Source of the DNA: Chthonomonas calidirosea
GTDB taxonomy: Bacteria; Armatimonadota; Chthonomonadetes; Chthonomonadales; Chthonomonadaceae
DNA: 57,823 nt
Reading direction: 5' to 3'
Assembly: GCA_945878775.1 (NCBI GenBank)
Contig: CAMCUQ010000001.1
Span: forward strand, 1 to 57,823
The position numbers and the translations under genes are program-made. The notes below the pieces were generated by a model, which was given only the letters and a program-made list of their open reading frames with translations, did not search any database and was not told the DNA's origin. This document shows positions 37,361 through 46,210 of this stretch, piece after piece; the stretch's first letter is position 1, and each line of letters starts with the position of its first letter.

Positions 37361-38761
37361 ATGCATACGTTGAAATCGATATTCACTTATTCGGGCATGT
37401 GTAAACCTATCGTGTGCATGCTTTTGGCACTAGCGGGAACCCATGTTTCTCTCGGTGCTCAGGAGTCTTCTCGTCAGCGATTTGATTCTCTTATAGCATC
37501 CGGCTGGCAGGCACACGGCAAGGACTGGCTGCGATTAGAGCGTTGCTTTCTTGAGGCGGAGGCACTCAATATTCGTCTGCTGAAGGAAGAAGAGGTACGC
37601 GCGATCTCTTTTGGGCGGCGTGCTCGCGGTGATCTAAAAGGCTCGGTAAAAGCTGCATCCTATAACTACAGAACCTACAGATGCCGGAGTAGCCTGGAGG
37701 AATATGTTAGTGCCCTCACGGCGATACACGACTATAAATCTTCGCGCGATGTATTTGCAGACTGGGATAGGCGCCCTGTAGGCGTGGTGAAGCCTGGTGA
37801 CAATTTCAACAGCTTGCGGGAAGAGGTTGCAATTAAGTTCCGCGCAACCCACATTACGCTGGATAAGAACCGCTTTCCTCGTGATATTAAGCAGTCCTAC
37901 AGCCAAGTAGGCTATTGGGACTACCCCTTTCCGGATGGTGACCGGTGGCATGAGGCGCGGTTCCTTGTTGAAAACGTTGCACGCCACGAAGAACGCATCG
38001 ACAATGCAGGAAATCGATGGGTTCGCCTATTCCCAGAGAACATCGGTAAGCCTGTGGAACTCACGATATTCTGGAAGGCTATTCCGGACTTTGTAGACCT
38101 CAATAGTCTCCCCGACACCCCGTACAGCATTCCTGAGAGGTACCGCAAATACCTTGGAAAGTCTGAGGACTGCGATCCGACAACACCCTTATGTAAAGCG
38201 ACTGCCGCACAAATGCACGCGCACACGACCGCCGAAAAGGTGCGTGCCGTGTGGGAATGGCAAAACCGAGTGAAGTTTACGGAGTCAGCAAAACGCGAGG
38301 GCGAGCCGGATTCCGATGCAGTTATGCGCACAATGAAAGGGGTCTGTATTGACCAGACGTTTGGGGCTGTGGCGCTAAGTCGCGCACTCGGACTCGCGGC
38401 TCGCCATGTGCGAGGTTCCGGACATAGCTGGGTGGAGACATGGATACCAGGCATAGGTTGGTTTCCCACCCAACAGTACGTAGACCTTGGGAGAACAGAG
38501 TGGAATGTTTTGCGCTTTCTCGCCGAGCCTGTTGATGCCACTACTCATAGCCTCTTGCTCGACTGGAAGACTTCTGGCGGTCAGCCAAGGGCAGACAGTT
38601 TCTATACCGCGCAGTTCCTAGATTTCTTTCTTTGGGGGCTCAATCAGCATGGTGAGCATCTGAAGAAAGTACTTTATTCCATGGAAGACCTTCCAATTGA
38701 TATGGTAGCGCAACGTCTCGTCCCTGCTAGTGGTCGCATTCTGAAGACCGAGAAGTGGTAA
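37361..38761 (+). CDS. Transglutaminase-like (Cys-protease fold) domain protein, secreted
   Basis: ATG 37361 follows GGAGAAG. Signal peptide present. KGVCIDQTFGAVALSRALGLAARHVRGSGHSWVETWIPGIGWF fits the transglutaminase-core C...H spacing. Confidence 0.65.
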   Translation: MHTLKSIFTYSGMCKPIVCMLLALAGTHVSLGAQESSRQRFDSLIASGWQAHGKDWLRLERCFLEAEALNIRLLKEEEVRAISFGRRARGDLKGSVKAASYNYRTYRCRSSLEEYVSALTAIHDYKSSRDVFADWDRRPVGVVKPGDNFNSLREEVAIKFRATHITLDKNRFPRDIKQSYSQVGYWDYPFPDGDRWHEARFLVENVARHEERIDNAGNRWVRLFPENIGKPVELTIFWKAIPDFVDLNSLPDTPYSIPERYRKYLGKSEDCDPTTPLCKATAAQMHAHTTAEKVRAVWEWQNRVKFTESAKREGEPDSDAVMRTMKGVCIDQTFGAVALSRALGLAARHVRGSGHSWVETWIPGIGWFPTQQYVDLGRTEWNVLRFLAEPVDATTHSLLLDWKTSGGQPRADSFYTAQFLDFFLWGLNQHGEHLKKVLYSMEDLPIDMVAQRLVPASGRILKTEKW

Positions 38762-38989
38762 CGGACTGGAACCCCTGTATATCCTGCCATAGAGTTGACA
38801 TGCTCCCAATTATCAAGAGACTAATGGCGAATGCAAAACGCTCGGGTAGTGGCTTGCTTGATGGAAGTTCCTTAGATTAAGACACGGAACTCTTGCTTCA
38901 CAATCTTGTGCGCTCCGTTGGTAGCCAGCCCAACTTGAGGGCTTATCAACAACATCAATGGTCGTCAATAACGACAGTTTGGAGAGATT

Positions 38990-40450
38990 ATGGACTGGGA
39001 ACTCACAAAAGCACGTAGCATCACACGGCGCACTTTCTTTGGGCAGGCAGGGCTTGGTCTGGGCACCATCGCGCTCAATTCCCTCCTCGCCGAAGAGGGA
39101 ATTGCACAACAGAAACTGAAACAGGGCAACCCGTTGGCTCCCAAAAAGCCACATTTCAAGCCACGCGCCAAGTCAGTTATCTATTTGCACATGTCGGGCG
39201 CACCCCCAACTCTTGACATGTTCGACTATAAGCCGAAACTCACCGAGTTGAACATGAAGCCATGCCCCGATTCGATGCTCAAAGGGGAACGCTTCGCCTT
39301 CATTAAAGGGGTTCCTACCATGCTAGGCACTCCCCACAAGTTTAAACAATTTGGGAAAAACGGGACTTGGATATCCGAGACTTTGCCCAATATTGGTAGT
39401 ATTGTGGACGATATTGCCATTGTTCGCTCTATGCATACCGATCAGTTCAATCACGCGCCTGCCGAGATGTTTCTCTACACAGGGAATGCGCAACCCGGAT
39501 ACGCCTCAATGGGATCGTGGCTCACCTATGGGCTTGGCTCCCTCAACCAAGACCTTCCAGGCTTTGTGGTACTCCTTTCAGGAGGAACCGATCCCACTGG
39601 AGGGAAAAGCCTGTGGAATAGTGGGTTTCTGCCCTCGATCTACCAGGGGGTGCAATGCCGTTCTGCAGGGGAGCCTATTCTCTACTTGTCCGACCCCAAC
39701 GGCATGGATCGTGCCTCTCGACGCCGTAGCCTCGACGCCCTCGCGAAACTGAACGAACTAGAGGTAAAACAGCTAGGCGATCCCGAAACTGTCACGCGGA
39801 TCGCGCAGTATGAACTTGCCTACCGCATGCAGATGACTGTGCCTCAAGTGATGGATATTGCGAAAGAGCCACAGCACATTCAAGACCTCTATGGGGCAAA
39901 ACCCGGTGCGGCAACCTTTGCAAACAACTGCCTGCTTGCCCGCCGTTTGGTGGAGCAAGGGGTACGCTATGTGCAACTCTACGATTGGGGCTGGGATATT
40001 CACGGCACTGGTCCGGGGGATGATCTTGTCACCGCCTTTCCGCAAAAATGCAGAGACGTGGATAAAGCGTCTGCCGCGCTCATTCTTGACCTAAAACAGC
40101 GTGGGCTTTTAGAGGACACTTTGGTCGTTTGGGGCGGAGAGTTTGGGCGTACTCCCATGAATGAGGCACGGGGAGGTTCAAAGTATCTTGGGCGCGATCA
40201 CCACCCCCACTGCTTCAGCATTTGGATGGCAGGAGGAGGGATTAAACCGGGTATGATCTTTGGTGAAACCGACGAATTTGGCAACAGAATTGTCAAGGAT
40301 GCGGTGAGTATTCGTGATCTACAGGCGACCATCCTCCACCTCATGGGGCTGAACCCTTTCCAACTGAGCTACACGTATCAGGGGCTGAACAACCGCCTTA
40401 TCGGACCAGTAGACGCGGCGGCGACAGTTCAGACCGCTCTGCTCTCCTAA
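38990..40450 (+). CDS. DUF1501 domain protein, Tat-type signal
   Basis: SITRRTFFGQAGLGLGTIAL signal. SGAPPTLDMFDYKP, WDIHG and GEFGRTP...GRDHHP motifs. Paralog of 4585-6045. Confidence 0.85.
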   Translation: MDWELTKARSITRRTFFGQAGLGLGTIALNSLLAEEGIAQQKLKQGNPLAPKKPHFKPRAKSVIYLHMSGAPPTLDMFDYKPKLTELNMKPCPDSMLKGERFAFIKGVPTMLGTPHKFKQFGKNGTWISETLPNIGSIVDDIAIVRSMHTDQFNHAPAEMFLYTGNAQPGYASMGSWLTYGLGSLNQDLPGFVVLLSGGTDPTGGKSLWNSGFLPSIYQGVQCRSAGEPILYLSDPNGMDRASRRRSLDALAKLNELEVKQLGDPETVTRIAQYELAYRMQMTVPQVMDIAKEPQHIQDLYGAKPGAATFANNCLLARRLVEQGVRYVQLYDWGWDIHGTGPGDDLVTAFPQKCRDVDKASAALILDLKQRGLLEDTLVVWGGEFGRTPMNEARGGSKYLGRDHHPHCFSIWMAGGGIKPGMIFGETDEFGNRIVKDAVSIRDLQATILHLMGLNPFQLSYTYQGLNNRLIGPVDAAATVQTALLS

Positions 40451-40567
40451 AAAGTGGAGTGAAAGATACTCTACTGCCTCTACAACGATCATGCTCTTTG
40501 GGTGAGGGGTGATCCAGCTGTGTTGCTGAGAAGGTCGCTCATGCACAATCGAATACGGAGGGTTGCT

Positions 40568-41914
40568 ATGCAGAAACACGCATTCCGGACTATAGCTCTG
40601 TTACTGGTTCTGTCCATAACAGTAAAGGCGCATTCTGAGGAGAACTGGTCTCAGTTCCGTGGTCCCAACGCCGCAGGGGTTAGCACACACACCAAATTTC
40701 CGAGCAAGTGGTCTCCCAGTGAAAACATCGCCTGGAAGACCGACCTTCCGGGGCGCAGTTGGTCATCGCCTATCGTGTGGGGTAAAAAAGTGTTTGTCAC
40801 GGCGGTGGTGAACTCTGTAGAGAACGAGAAGCCCAAAAAGGGGTTGTATTTTGGCGGAGAGCGCCCCGAACCCAAGTCCCTGCACGAGTCGAAAGTGTTT
40901 TGCCTCGATCTCATCACGGGCAAAACTCTGTGGGAGCGGACAGTACATAGTGGCGTGCCACAAACCTCTGTCCATCTCAAGAACAGTTATGGCGCAGAAA
41001 CGCCCGTCACCGATGGCAAACTGGTGTATGCTCTGTTTGGCGGTTTAGGCGTGTTCGCGCTCTCACTGGACGGCAAAGAGGTCTGGTCAAAAAAACTAGA
41101 CCCACGCGCTACGCGTTTTGGCTGGGGCTACGCGGCTTCGCCTGTTTTGCATAAGGGCAGGTTGTATATTGTGAACGACAACGAAGACCGCTCAGAGCTA
41201 CTCTCGCTCGATGCGAAGACGGGCAAAGAGGTTTGGCGTGTGGAGCGCGACGAAAAGAGCAACTGGGCTACTCCGTTCATTTGGAACAACAAAAATCGAA
41301 TGGAACTCGTTACATCTGGCACGCGCGCGGTTCGTAGCTACGATCTCAATGGAAAACTGCTCTGGTCGCTTCGTGGCATGTCGTCTATCGCCATTCCAAC
41401 TCCCGTTGCAGGAGCAGGAATGCTTTTCGTAAGCTCCGGTTATGTTGGCGACAGATTGCGTCCACTCTACGCCATTCGCCCTGGCGCGAGCGGCGACATA
41501 ACGCTCAAGCCCGGAGAGACCAGCAACGATTTCATTGCATGGTCAAACTCAACAGCCGGTCCCTACAACCCGTCGCCGCTGTTCTACGATGGGCGCGTCT
41601 ATGTGCTTTATGATCGTGGTCTCGTGAGTTGCTTCGATTCAAAGACAGGCAAAATGCTTTATGACCGAGAGAGGTTATCGCCGGGGGCAGGGTTTACGTC
41701 CTCACCATGGGCAGCGGGAGAGAACATTTTCTGCCTGAATGAAGACGGTGACTGTTATGTACTACGTGCAGGCGATAAGTTCGCTTTACGTCAAATCAAT
41801 CGACTGGGTGACGATGATATGTGCATGGCTACCCCCGCGCTTGTAGGAGACCGCCTTTTGATCCGCACCGCGTCGGGAATTATTTGCGTGCAAGATGGTG
41901 TTGGTAGGCAGTAA
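40568..41914 (+). CDS. PQQ-like (BamB-type) beta-propeller repeat protein, secreted
   Basis: ATG 40568 follows GGAGGG. Signal peptide, then NWSQFRGPNAAGVS and repeated ...G..LW... blades. The ORF is open from 40502. Confidence 0.75.
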   Translation: MQKHAFRTIALLLVLSITVKAHSEENWSQFRGPNAAGVSTHTKFPSKWSPSENIAWKTDLPGRSWSSPIVWGKKVFVTAVVNSVENEKPKKGLYFGGERPEPKSLHESKVFCLDLITGKTLWERTVHSGVPQTSVHLKNSYGAETPVTDGKLVYALFGGLGVFALSLDGKEVWSKKLDPRATRFGWGYAASPVLHKGRLYIVNDNEDRSELLSLDAKTGKEVWRVERDEKSNWATPFIWNNKNRMELVTSGTRAVRSYDLNGKLLWSLRGMSSIAIPTPVAGAGMLFVSSGYVGDRLRPLYAIRPGASGDITLKPGETSNDFIAWSNSTAGPYNPSPLFYDGRVYVLYDRGLVSCFDSKTGKMLYDRERLSPGAGFTSSPWAAGENIFCLNEDGDCYVLRAGDKFALRQINRLGDDDMCMATPALVGDRLLIRTASGIICVQDGVGRQ

Positions 41915-41999
41915 AAGGGGGAACTAGGCGGAGGCTCGCGCTTGCTACAGGAAGCTAGAAGCGAATGCAGAGAGGGTTTTTGCTCCGAAGTACATTCTC

Positions 42000-42944
42000 T
42001 CACTCAGACTTTTTTCCCCAACCCGACATCTCCAAAAGCCCATGTGCCATGCGTTGGCGAAAGGACAAGGTTTCTTCGCTTCCCCAAGTATAAAACCCCT
42101 GACCGCTCTTTATTCCCACTGCACCTGTCTCGACTAGCTTTTCGAGAGCTTCAGGTATCTCCCTGTTGTTGGAAAGTGTGGGCAGAATCTGCTCGGCAAC
42201 AGCCCGCCAAAGATCCCAACCTGCCGCTTCCCCAATCTCAAAAGGACCGGCAATCGCCAAGCGTCTCCCAAAACCGTTACGCACCACGGCATCCAACTCT
42301 TGTGGGCTGGCAATTCCCTCTTGGACAATGGCGAACGCTTCGCGGACGAGAGCCGTTTGTAGGCGGTTGGCGACGAAACCGGGGCACTCCTTATGTATCT
42401 CCACAGGGTGTTTACCTATCTGGCGCAAGAGGTTGAGGGTGGTCTCTTTGGTTTCGGGGGAGGTCTGTGGACAAGACACCACTTCCACGAGTGGCAATAG
42501 ATAGGGAGGGTTAAAGTAGTGAGCGACGAGAACACGATCTGGTCGTTGTGTGGCATCGGCGAGGAGACTAGGCATAAAGGTTGAGGTATTGCTTGCCAGA
42601 ATGGTGTGTTCTGGACAGAGGCGATCTAATTCTGCAAAGAGCCTCAACTTCAAAGGCAGGTCTTCCGTGACTGCCTCCACCACATAGTCCGCATTGTGTA
42701 CCGCCTCTTCCAAGTTTGTGCTGGTTCGCACGTGGGAGATTGCCGGTTCTATGACCGCCTCCGGAATCAGTCCCTGTGCGGAGAGCAGTTTCAGATTGCC
42801 CTGTATGCGTTGCGTCGCCTGTTGAAGTGTCTCCTCTTTGACGTCGTAGAGGCAAACGGAAAAGCCCGCGATGGCAAATTCCTGTGCGATGCCATGTCCC
42901 ATCAATCCTGCGCCTATCACGGCAATATATTCTATAGGTTTCAT
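42000..42944 (-). CDS. 3-hydroxyacyl-CoA (3-hydroxybutyryl-CoA) dehydrogenase
   Basis: IAVIGAGLMGHGIAQEFA Rossmann motif, NTST, HYFNPP, and the C-terminal dimerisation domain GFVANRL. Confidence 0.85.
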   Translation of the reverse strand: MKPIEYIAVIGAGLMGHGIAQEFAIAGFSVCLYDVKEETLQQATQRIQGNLKLLSAQGLIPEAVIEPAISHVRTSTNLEEAVHNADYVVEAVTEDLPLKLRLFAELDRLCPEHTILASNTSTFMPSLLADATQRPDRVLVAHYFNPPYLLPLVEVVSCPQTSPETKETTLNLLRQIGKHPVEIHKECPGFVANRLQTALVREAFAIVQEGIASPQELDAVVRNGFGRRLAIAGPFEIGEAAGWDLWRAVAEQILPTLSNNREIPEALEKLVETGAVGIKSGQGFYTWGSEETLSFRQRMAHGLLEMSGWGKKSE

Positions 42945-43112
42945 CTGTTTCCATTGAAGAGGCGAAGCATTTTGCCCCCAGAGTTGCTTAGGATGTCATA
43001 CGGGTGAGCACGCCACCCGTATGTCTCTTACGGCATAGTGGTAGGAGATTCCTGCTTTTGTTTTGGAACGGAATGCAAGGGGTGTCTCCCCTCTTCGCCA
43101 ATCACAAAAACC

Positions 43113-43622
43113 TTAATTGTCCGGTGCTTCCTCCCCCAAAAAGTGCCGTGCCGAATACATTTGCCCCGTGTGGTAAGCGACATGAAACACCGCATACTTC
43201 AAGAAGAAACGATAATCGTTACCTAGCTCCCACCCCGGCGGACAACTCTCCAAATCGGGGTTCAGTGCTTTGAAATACGCAACTGCCTCGTTATGTACCC
43301 GCAATAGTTCGTTGCAGACCTGTTCCGCCGTCATCGCAAGGTGTTCCTCTGAAGGTGGAGTGGCTACCGTCGTTGAGTAATAGCGGAACCGGTGGTCAAT
43401 TAACGGGCTACTCACCTTACACTTCGCCAGATCAGGTGCCGGTTTCCCACCTTCGCCCGCTAGCTTTATTGCCTCCCAATAGGCGATGTGCCCCGCGAGT
43501 TCTCCCACAGAGAGAAGCCCCTCTGCCGGTCGTTTCCAGACGTTCTCATCTGCCAACCCCTCAAACGCAAACTTCACTTCGAAATAGCCCTCTTCCAAAA
43601 GCTCTAAGTAAGCCTCAAGCAT
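43113..43622 (-). CDS. DinB-superfamily (DinB_2-like) four-helix-bundle protein
   Basis: HIAYWE and AYHTGQM His-containing helices. ATG 43622 follows GAGGAG. The ORF is open to 43637. Confidence 0.65.
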   Translation of the reverse strand: MLEAYLELLEEGYFEVKFAFEGLADENVWKRPAEGLLSVGELAGHIAYWEAIKLAGEGGKPAPDLAKCKVSSPLIDHRFRYYSTTVATPPSEEHLAMTAEQVCNELLRVHNEAVAYFKALNPDLESCPPGWELGNDYRFFLKYAVFHVAYHTGQMYSARHFLGEEAPDN

Positions 43623-43842
43623 CTTTCTTCTCCTCAAGTAATAATGTTCGCTTTGTCCGTCTCACCCCAAAACTCAATCGTGTTACTGTGGATAGTGTGG
43701 GGAAAGGGGAAAGGGGAAAGGTGTATTTAATGAGAGGTGTTTCGCGATTCTGATGTCAACTAGAGACCGACAATCCGTCAGAATAGAGTGGCTATTCTTG
43801 CACATCCCTCGCCAACGTGAAACGTTACTCCAATTGTGAGGA

Positions 43843-44451
43843 CTAAAGCGCAGCAAGTCGCTGGAACGCTGAGGGAGACGGTTCCTTTTTGAGGTGTTGT
43901 CGGATCACCTCCGCACAGGCACGCGGGCTCAGAAGCGAGGTATCTACTTCCAGATCATAAATGCCGGGGATATGCACTTCGCGCTGCCATAACAGAACTG
44001 GGGAGTTCGCCGAATCATCTGCATTATAACCGCTACTCTTTCTGCGATCAAGAATGATCTCAAGAGAACAGCGGACGCCTACGAATAACACCGGCAATCC
44101 CGCTAACCTTCGGGCGCTGTCGTAAAGAATTCCTTGGGGGATTGAATAGGCATCATGGTGTCCTACATCAACCACAACATTCAACCCTAATCGGCTGTGC
44201 GCCGCGATGGAGTCGTAGAGGGCACGATAAAGGACGGGAATGAAGGGTTCCAGTTCTTGGCGTTCTCCCCCAGGGCGCAAACCGATGCCAGGCAGATAGC
44301 GTTCGGGGGTACACCGCATGAACTGATCTACTCCCAAGTTCATCCAGAAGCCATCAAAGGTTGCTTGGATCTCGGTGACAATGCTCGACTTTCCTGAGCG
44401 AGGTGCCCCATTGAGGATAATAATCTGTCCGTTTTTGAGTGTCTGTATCAT
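43843..44451 (-). CDS. Chloramphenicol phosphotransferase-like (CPT family) P-loop kinase
   Basis: IILNGAPRSGKSSIV P-loop. Size and layout are as remembered for CPT/PF07931. Confidence 0.6.
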   Translation of the reverse strand: MIQTLKNGQIIILNGAPRSGKSSIVTEIQATFDGFWMNLGVDQFMRCTPERYLPGIGLRPGGERQELEPFIPVLYRALYDSIAAHSRLGLNVVVDVGHHDAYSIPQGILYDSARRLAGLPVLFVGVRCSLEIILDRRKSSGYNADDSANSPVLLWQREVHIPGIYDLEVDTSLLSPRACAEVIRQHLKKEPSPSAFQRLAAL

Positions 44452-44708
44452 TGCCTAACTCTCTCGATGAGGTCGGATTTCTCAGCGGGTATCGGAATAG
44501 AGTATACTCTAACAGGATGCCTATTTTAAGACGTGGATCGAACTCGCCAGCGGAGATCGTGCTAGGTTATTTGTCCCTACGCAAGGAGACACAGCATGCG
44601 AAGTATCTGCCTAGAGAGTAATTCGGGCATTCAAATAGGAGAGGTGCCAGAGCTTACGCGGTATCACCGACGATATAGGCGCAAGCCCTCTCTGCAAGGA
44701 GCAAATTC

Positions 44709-45440
44709 ATGCTGACCCAAGAACACTTTGCCCTATTGGCTAAAGTGGACTCACCAACAGTAGCAAACGTCATCGAACTCTTCGGTATCCGCTCTCAGGT
44801 GGCGGGATATGCCAACAATACCCTTGAGGCAATATATCCCGAACTACCCCCTGCGGTCGGTTATGCCGTCACCGCAACCTTCCGAGCGGGCTATCCCTCG
44901 GAGGCAGGCTCCTCCTACGGGGATATGCCGAAGATGATAGAGCAGGCACTACAAGTTTCGGGTCCGTATTTCGCTGTTTTTCAAGATTTGGACGAACCTA
45001 CCCGTGCGGCAACGTATGGCGAAGTCATGGCGACCACCTTCCAAGCATTTGGGTTTGTTGGGCTGATCACCAGTGGGGCAGGGCGGGATATAGAGCAGGT
45101 ACGACGATTGGGCTTGCCCTGTTGGGCTTCCTCCATCGTAGTGTCGCACGGCTACCCGCAGATAGTTGATATTTCCATCCCGGTCATGGTCGGAGGGCTA
45201 CGGGTGCATCCGGGCGATCTCCTACACGCCGACGCCAATGGGATCATCGAGATTCCCCAATCTATTGCGCCCTGTGTCGCGGAACTGTGCGCTCCTTTCA
45301 TACAAGCCGAAGAGATCACCCTCTCCTACCTGCGTGCGCCGAATCCGACAGTGGCAGGTTATGGGCAAGCCGTTGGGGAGATGCAAACCGCTATGGCGGG
45401 GCTACGCAAACGTGCAAAAGCGTTTTTGGAGGGGGCATGA
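44709..45440 (+). CDS. RraA-family protein (RraA / HMG-CHA aldolase-like)
   Basis: GEVMATTFQAFGFVGLITSGAGRDIEQVRRLGLPCWASSIV...GDLLHADANGII fits the RraA fold signature. Confidence 0.7.
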   Translation: MLTQEHFALLAKVDSPTVANVIELFGIRSQVAGYANNTLEAIYPELPPAVGYAVTATFRAGYPSEAGSSYGDMPKMIEQALQVSGPYFAVFQDLDEPTRAATYGEVMATTFQAFGFVGLITSGAGRDIEQVRRLGLPCWASSIVVSHGYPQIVDISIPVMVGGLRVHPGDLLHADANGIIEIPQSIAPCVAELCAPFIQAEEITLSYLRAPNPTVAGYGQAVGEMQTAMAGLRKRAKAFLEGA

Positions 45441-46096
45441 GAAGCCCCCGAAAAGGCGTGCGGATGGTGGGAAGCATCGCCTTACTGCTGTTGCTGAGCG
45501 CAACCCTTTTGGGAGCCTCGCTTTGGAACAGTATGCAAAGCCGTTCTGACCTTCTTGCCGTGGGGCAAACCGCTCCTGACTTTACAGCAACGACGAGCGA
45601 TGGTAGCACTGTGCGACTCTCCGACCTGAAACGGCAAAAACGGGTTGTCCTTGTCTTCTATCCCGGAGATGGCACGCCCCTCTGCACTGCCCAACTGTGC
45701 GCGTTTCGAGACAACTGGGACACTCTGCAATCTGAAAACGCCGTTGTCTATGGGGTGAATCCAGCAGGCAAAGAACAACATAGCGGCTTTGCCTCGAAAA
45801 ACCGCCTTCCTTTCCCACTTCTGGTAGACACGAACGGCGATATTGCCAACCGTTATGGCTGTCGAGCACTCTTTGGGATAGTGAAGCGCACCGTATACGT
45901 GATCGATATGAATGGCAAGGTGGTGTGGGTGCAACGTGGTAACCCCTCCCCTAGCGAGATATGCCGTTTCATCAGTACTCTTAAAAAAACTCCCGACGCG
46001 ATCCCCTCCCACTCCTCTGCCCCATTGATTTCTGACAAAGGAAAGAAATTCAGAGAAACCCAAAAGCACACCAAAGAGAACGGCGACACAGAATAA
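45437..46096 (+). CDS. bcp: Peroxiredoxin (Bcp/AhpC-TSA family), membrane-anchored/secreted, with C-terminal tail
   Basis: VGQTAPDFTATTSDGSTVRLSDL...VVLVFYPGDGTPLCTAQLCAF (peroxidatic Cys with a second Cys four residues on). ATG 45437 overlaps the RraA-like stop (ATGA). The track ORF from 45287 is an in-frame read-through of the previous gene region. Confidence 0.8.
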   Translation: MRSPRKGVRMVGSIALLLLLSATLLGASLWNSMQSRSDLLAVGQTAPDFTATTSDGSTVRLSDLKRQKRVVLVFYPGDGTPLCTAQLCAFRDNWDTLQSENAVVYGVNPAGKEQHSGFASKNRLPFPLLVDTNGDIANRYGCRALFGIVKRTVYVIDMNGKVVWVQRGNPSPSEICRFISTLKKTPDAIPSHSSAPLISDKGKKFRETQKHTKENGDTE

Positions 46097-46210
46097 CGCC
46101 CCCTCTTTCCTCTCTCATTGCTCGCAAATCGCGTTCAAGTAGGAATCTGCCCCCTCTTTCCCGAACTACCACTTTATCCCTCCAACAAGGAACCACAGTA
46201 GTTAAGGAGA

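Noticed and set aside
38813-39171. Minus-strand ORFs 38813-39154 and 38965-39171 in and next to the DUF1501 5' region
   Set aside because: They have no recognisable motif. They overlap the Tat-signal start of the DUF1501 gene and are probably chance ORFs.
43699-43719. (GGGGAAA)x3 microsatellite
   Set aside because: It is short, intergenic, and has no evident coding or regulatory context. It is noted only as a possible slippage site.
45287-45436. N-terminal 50 codons of track ORF 45287-46096
   Set aside because: This part lies inside the RraA-like gene in another frame. The peroxiredoxin has a proper signal/TM start at ATG 45437, which overlaps the upstream stop (ATGA).
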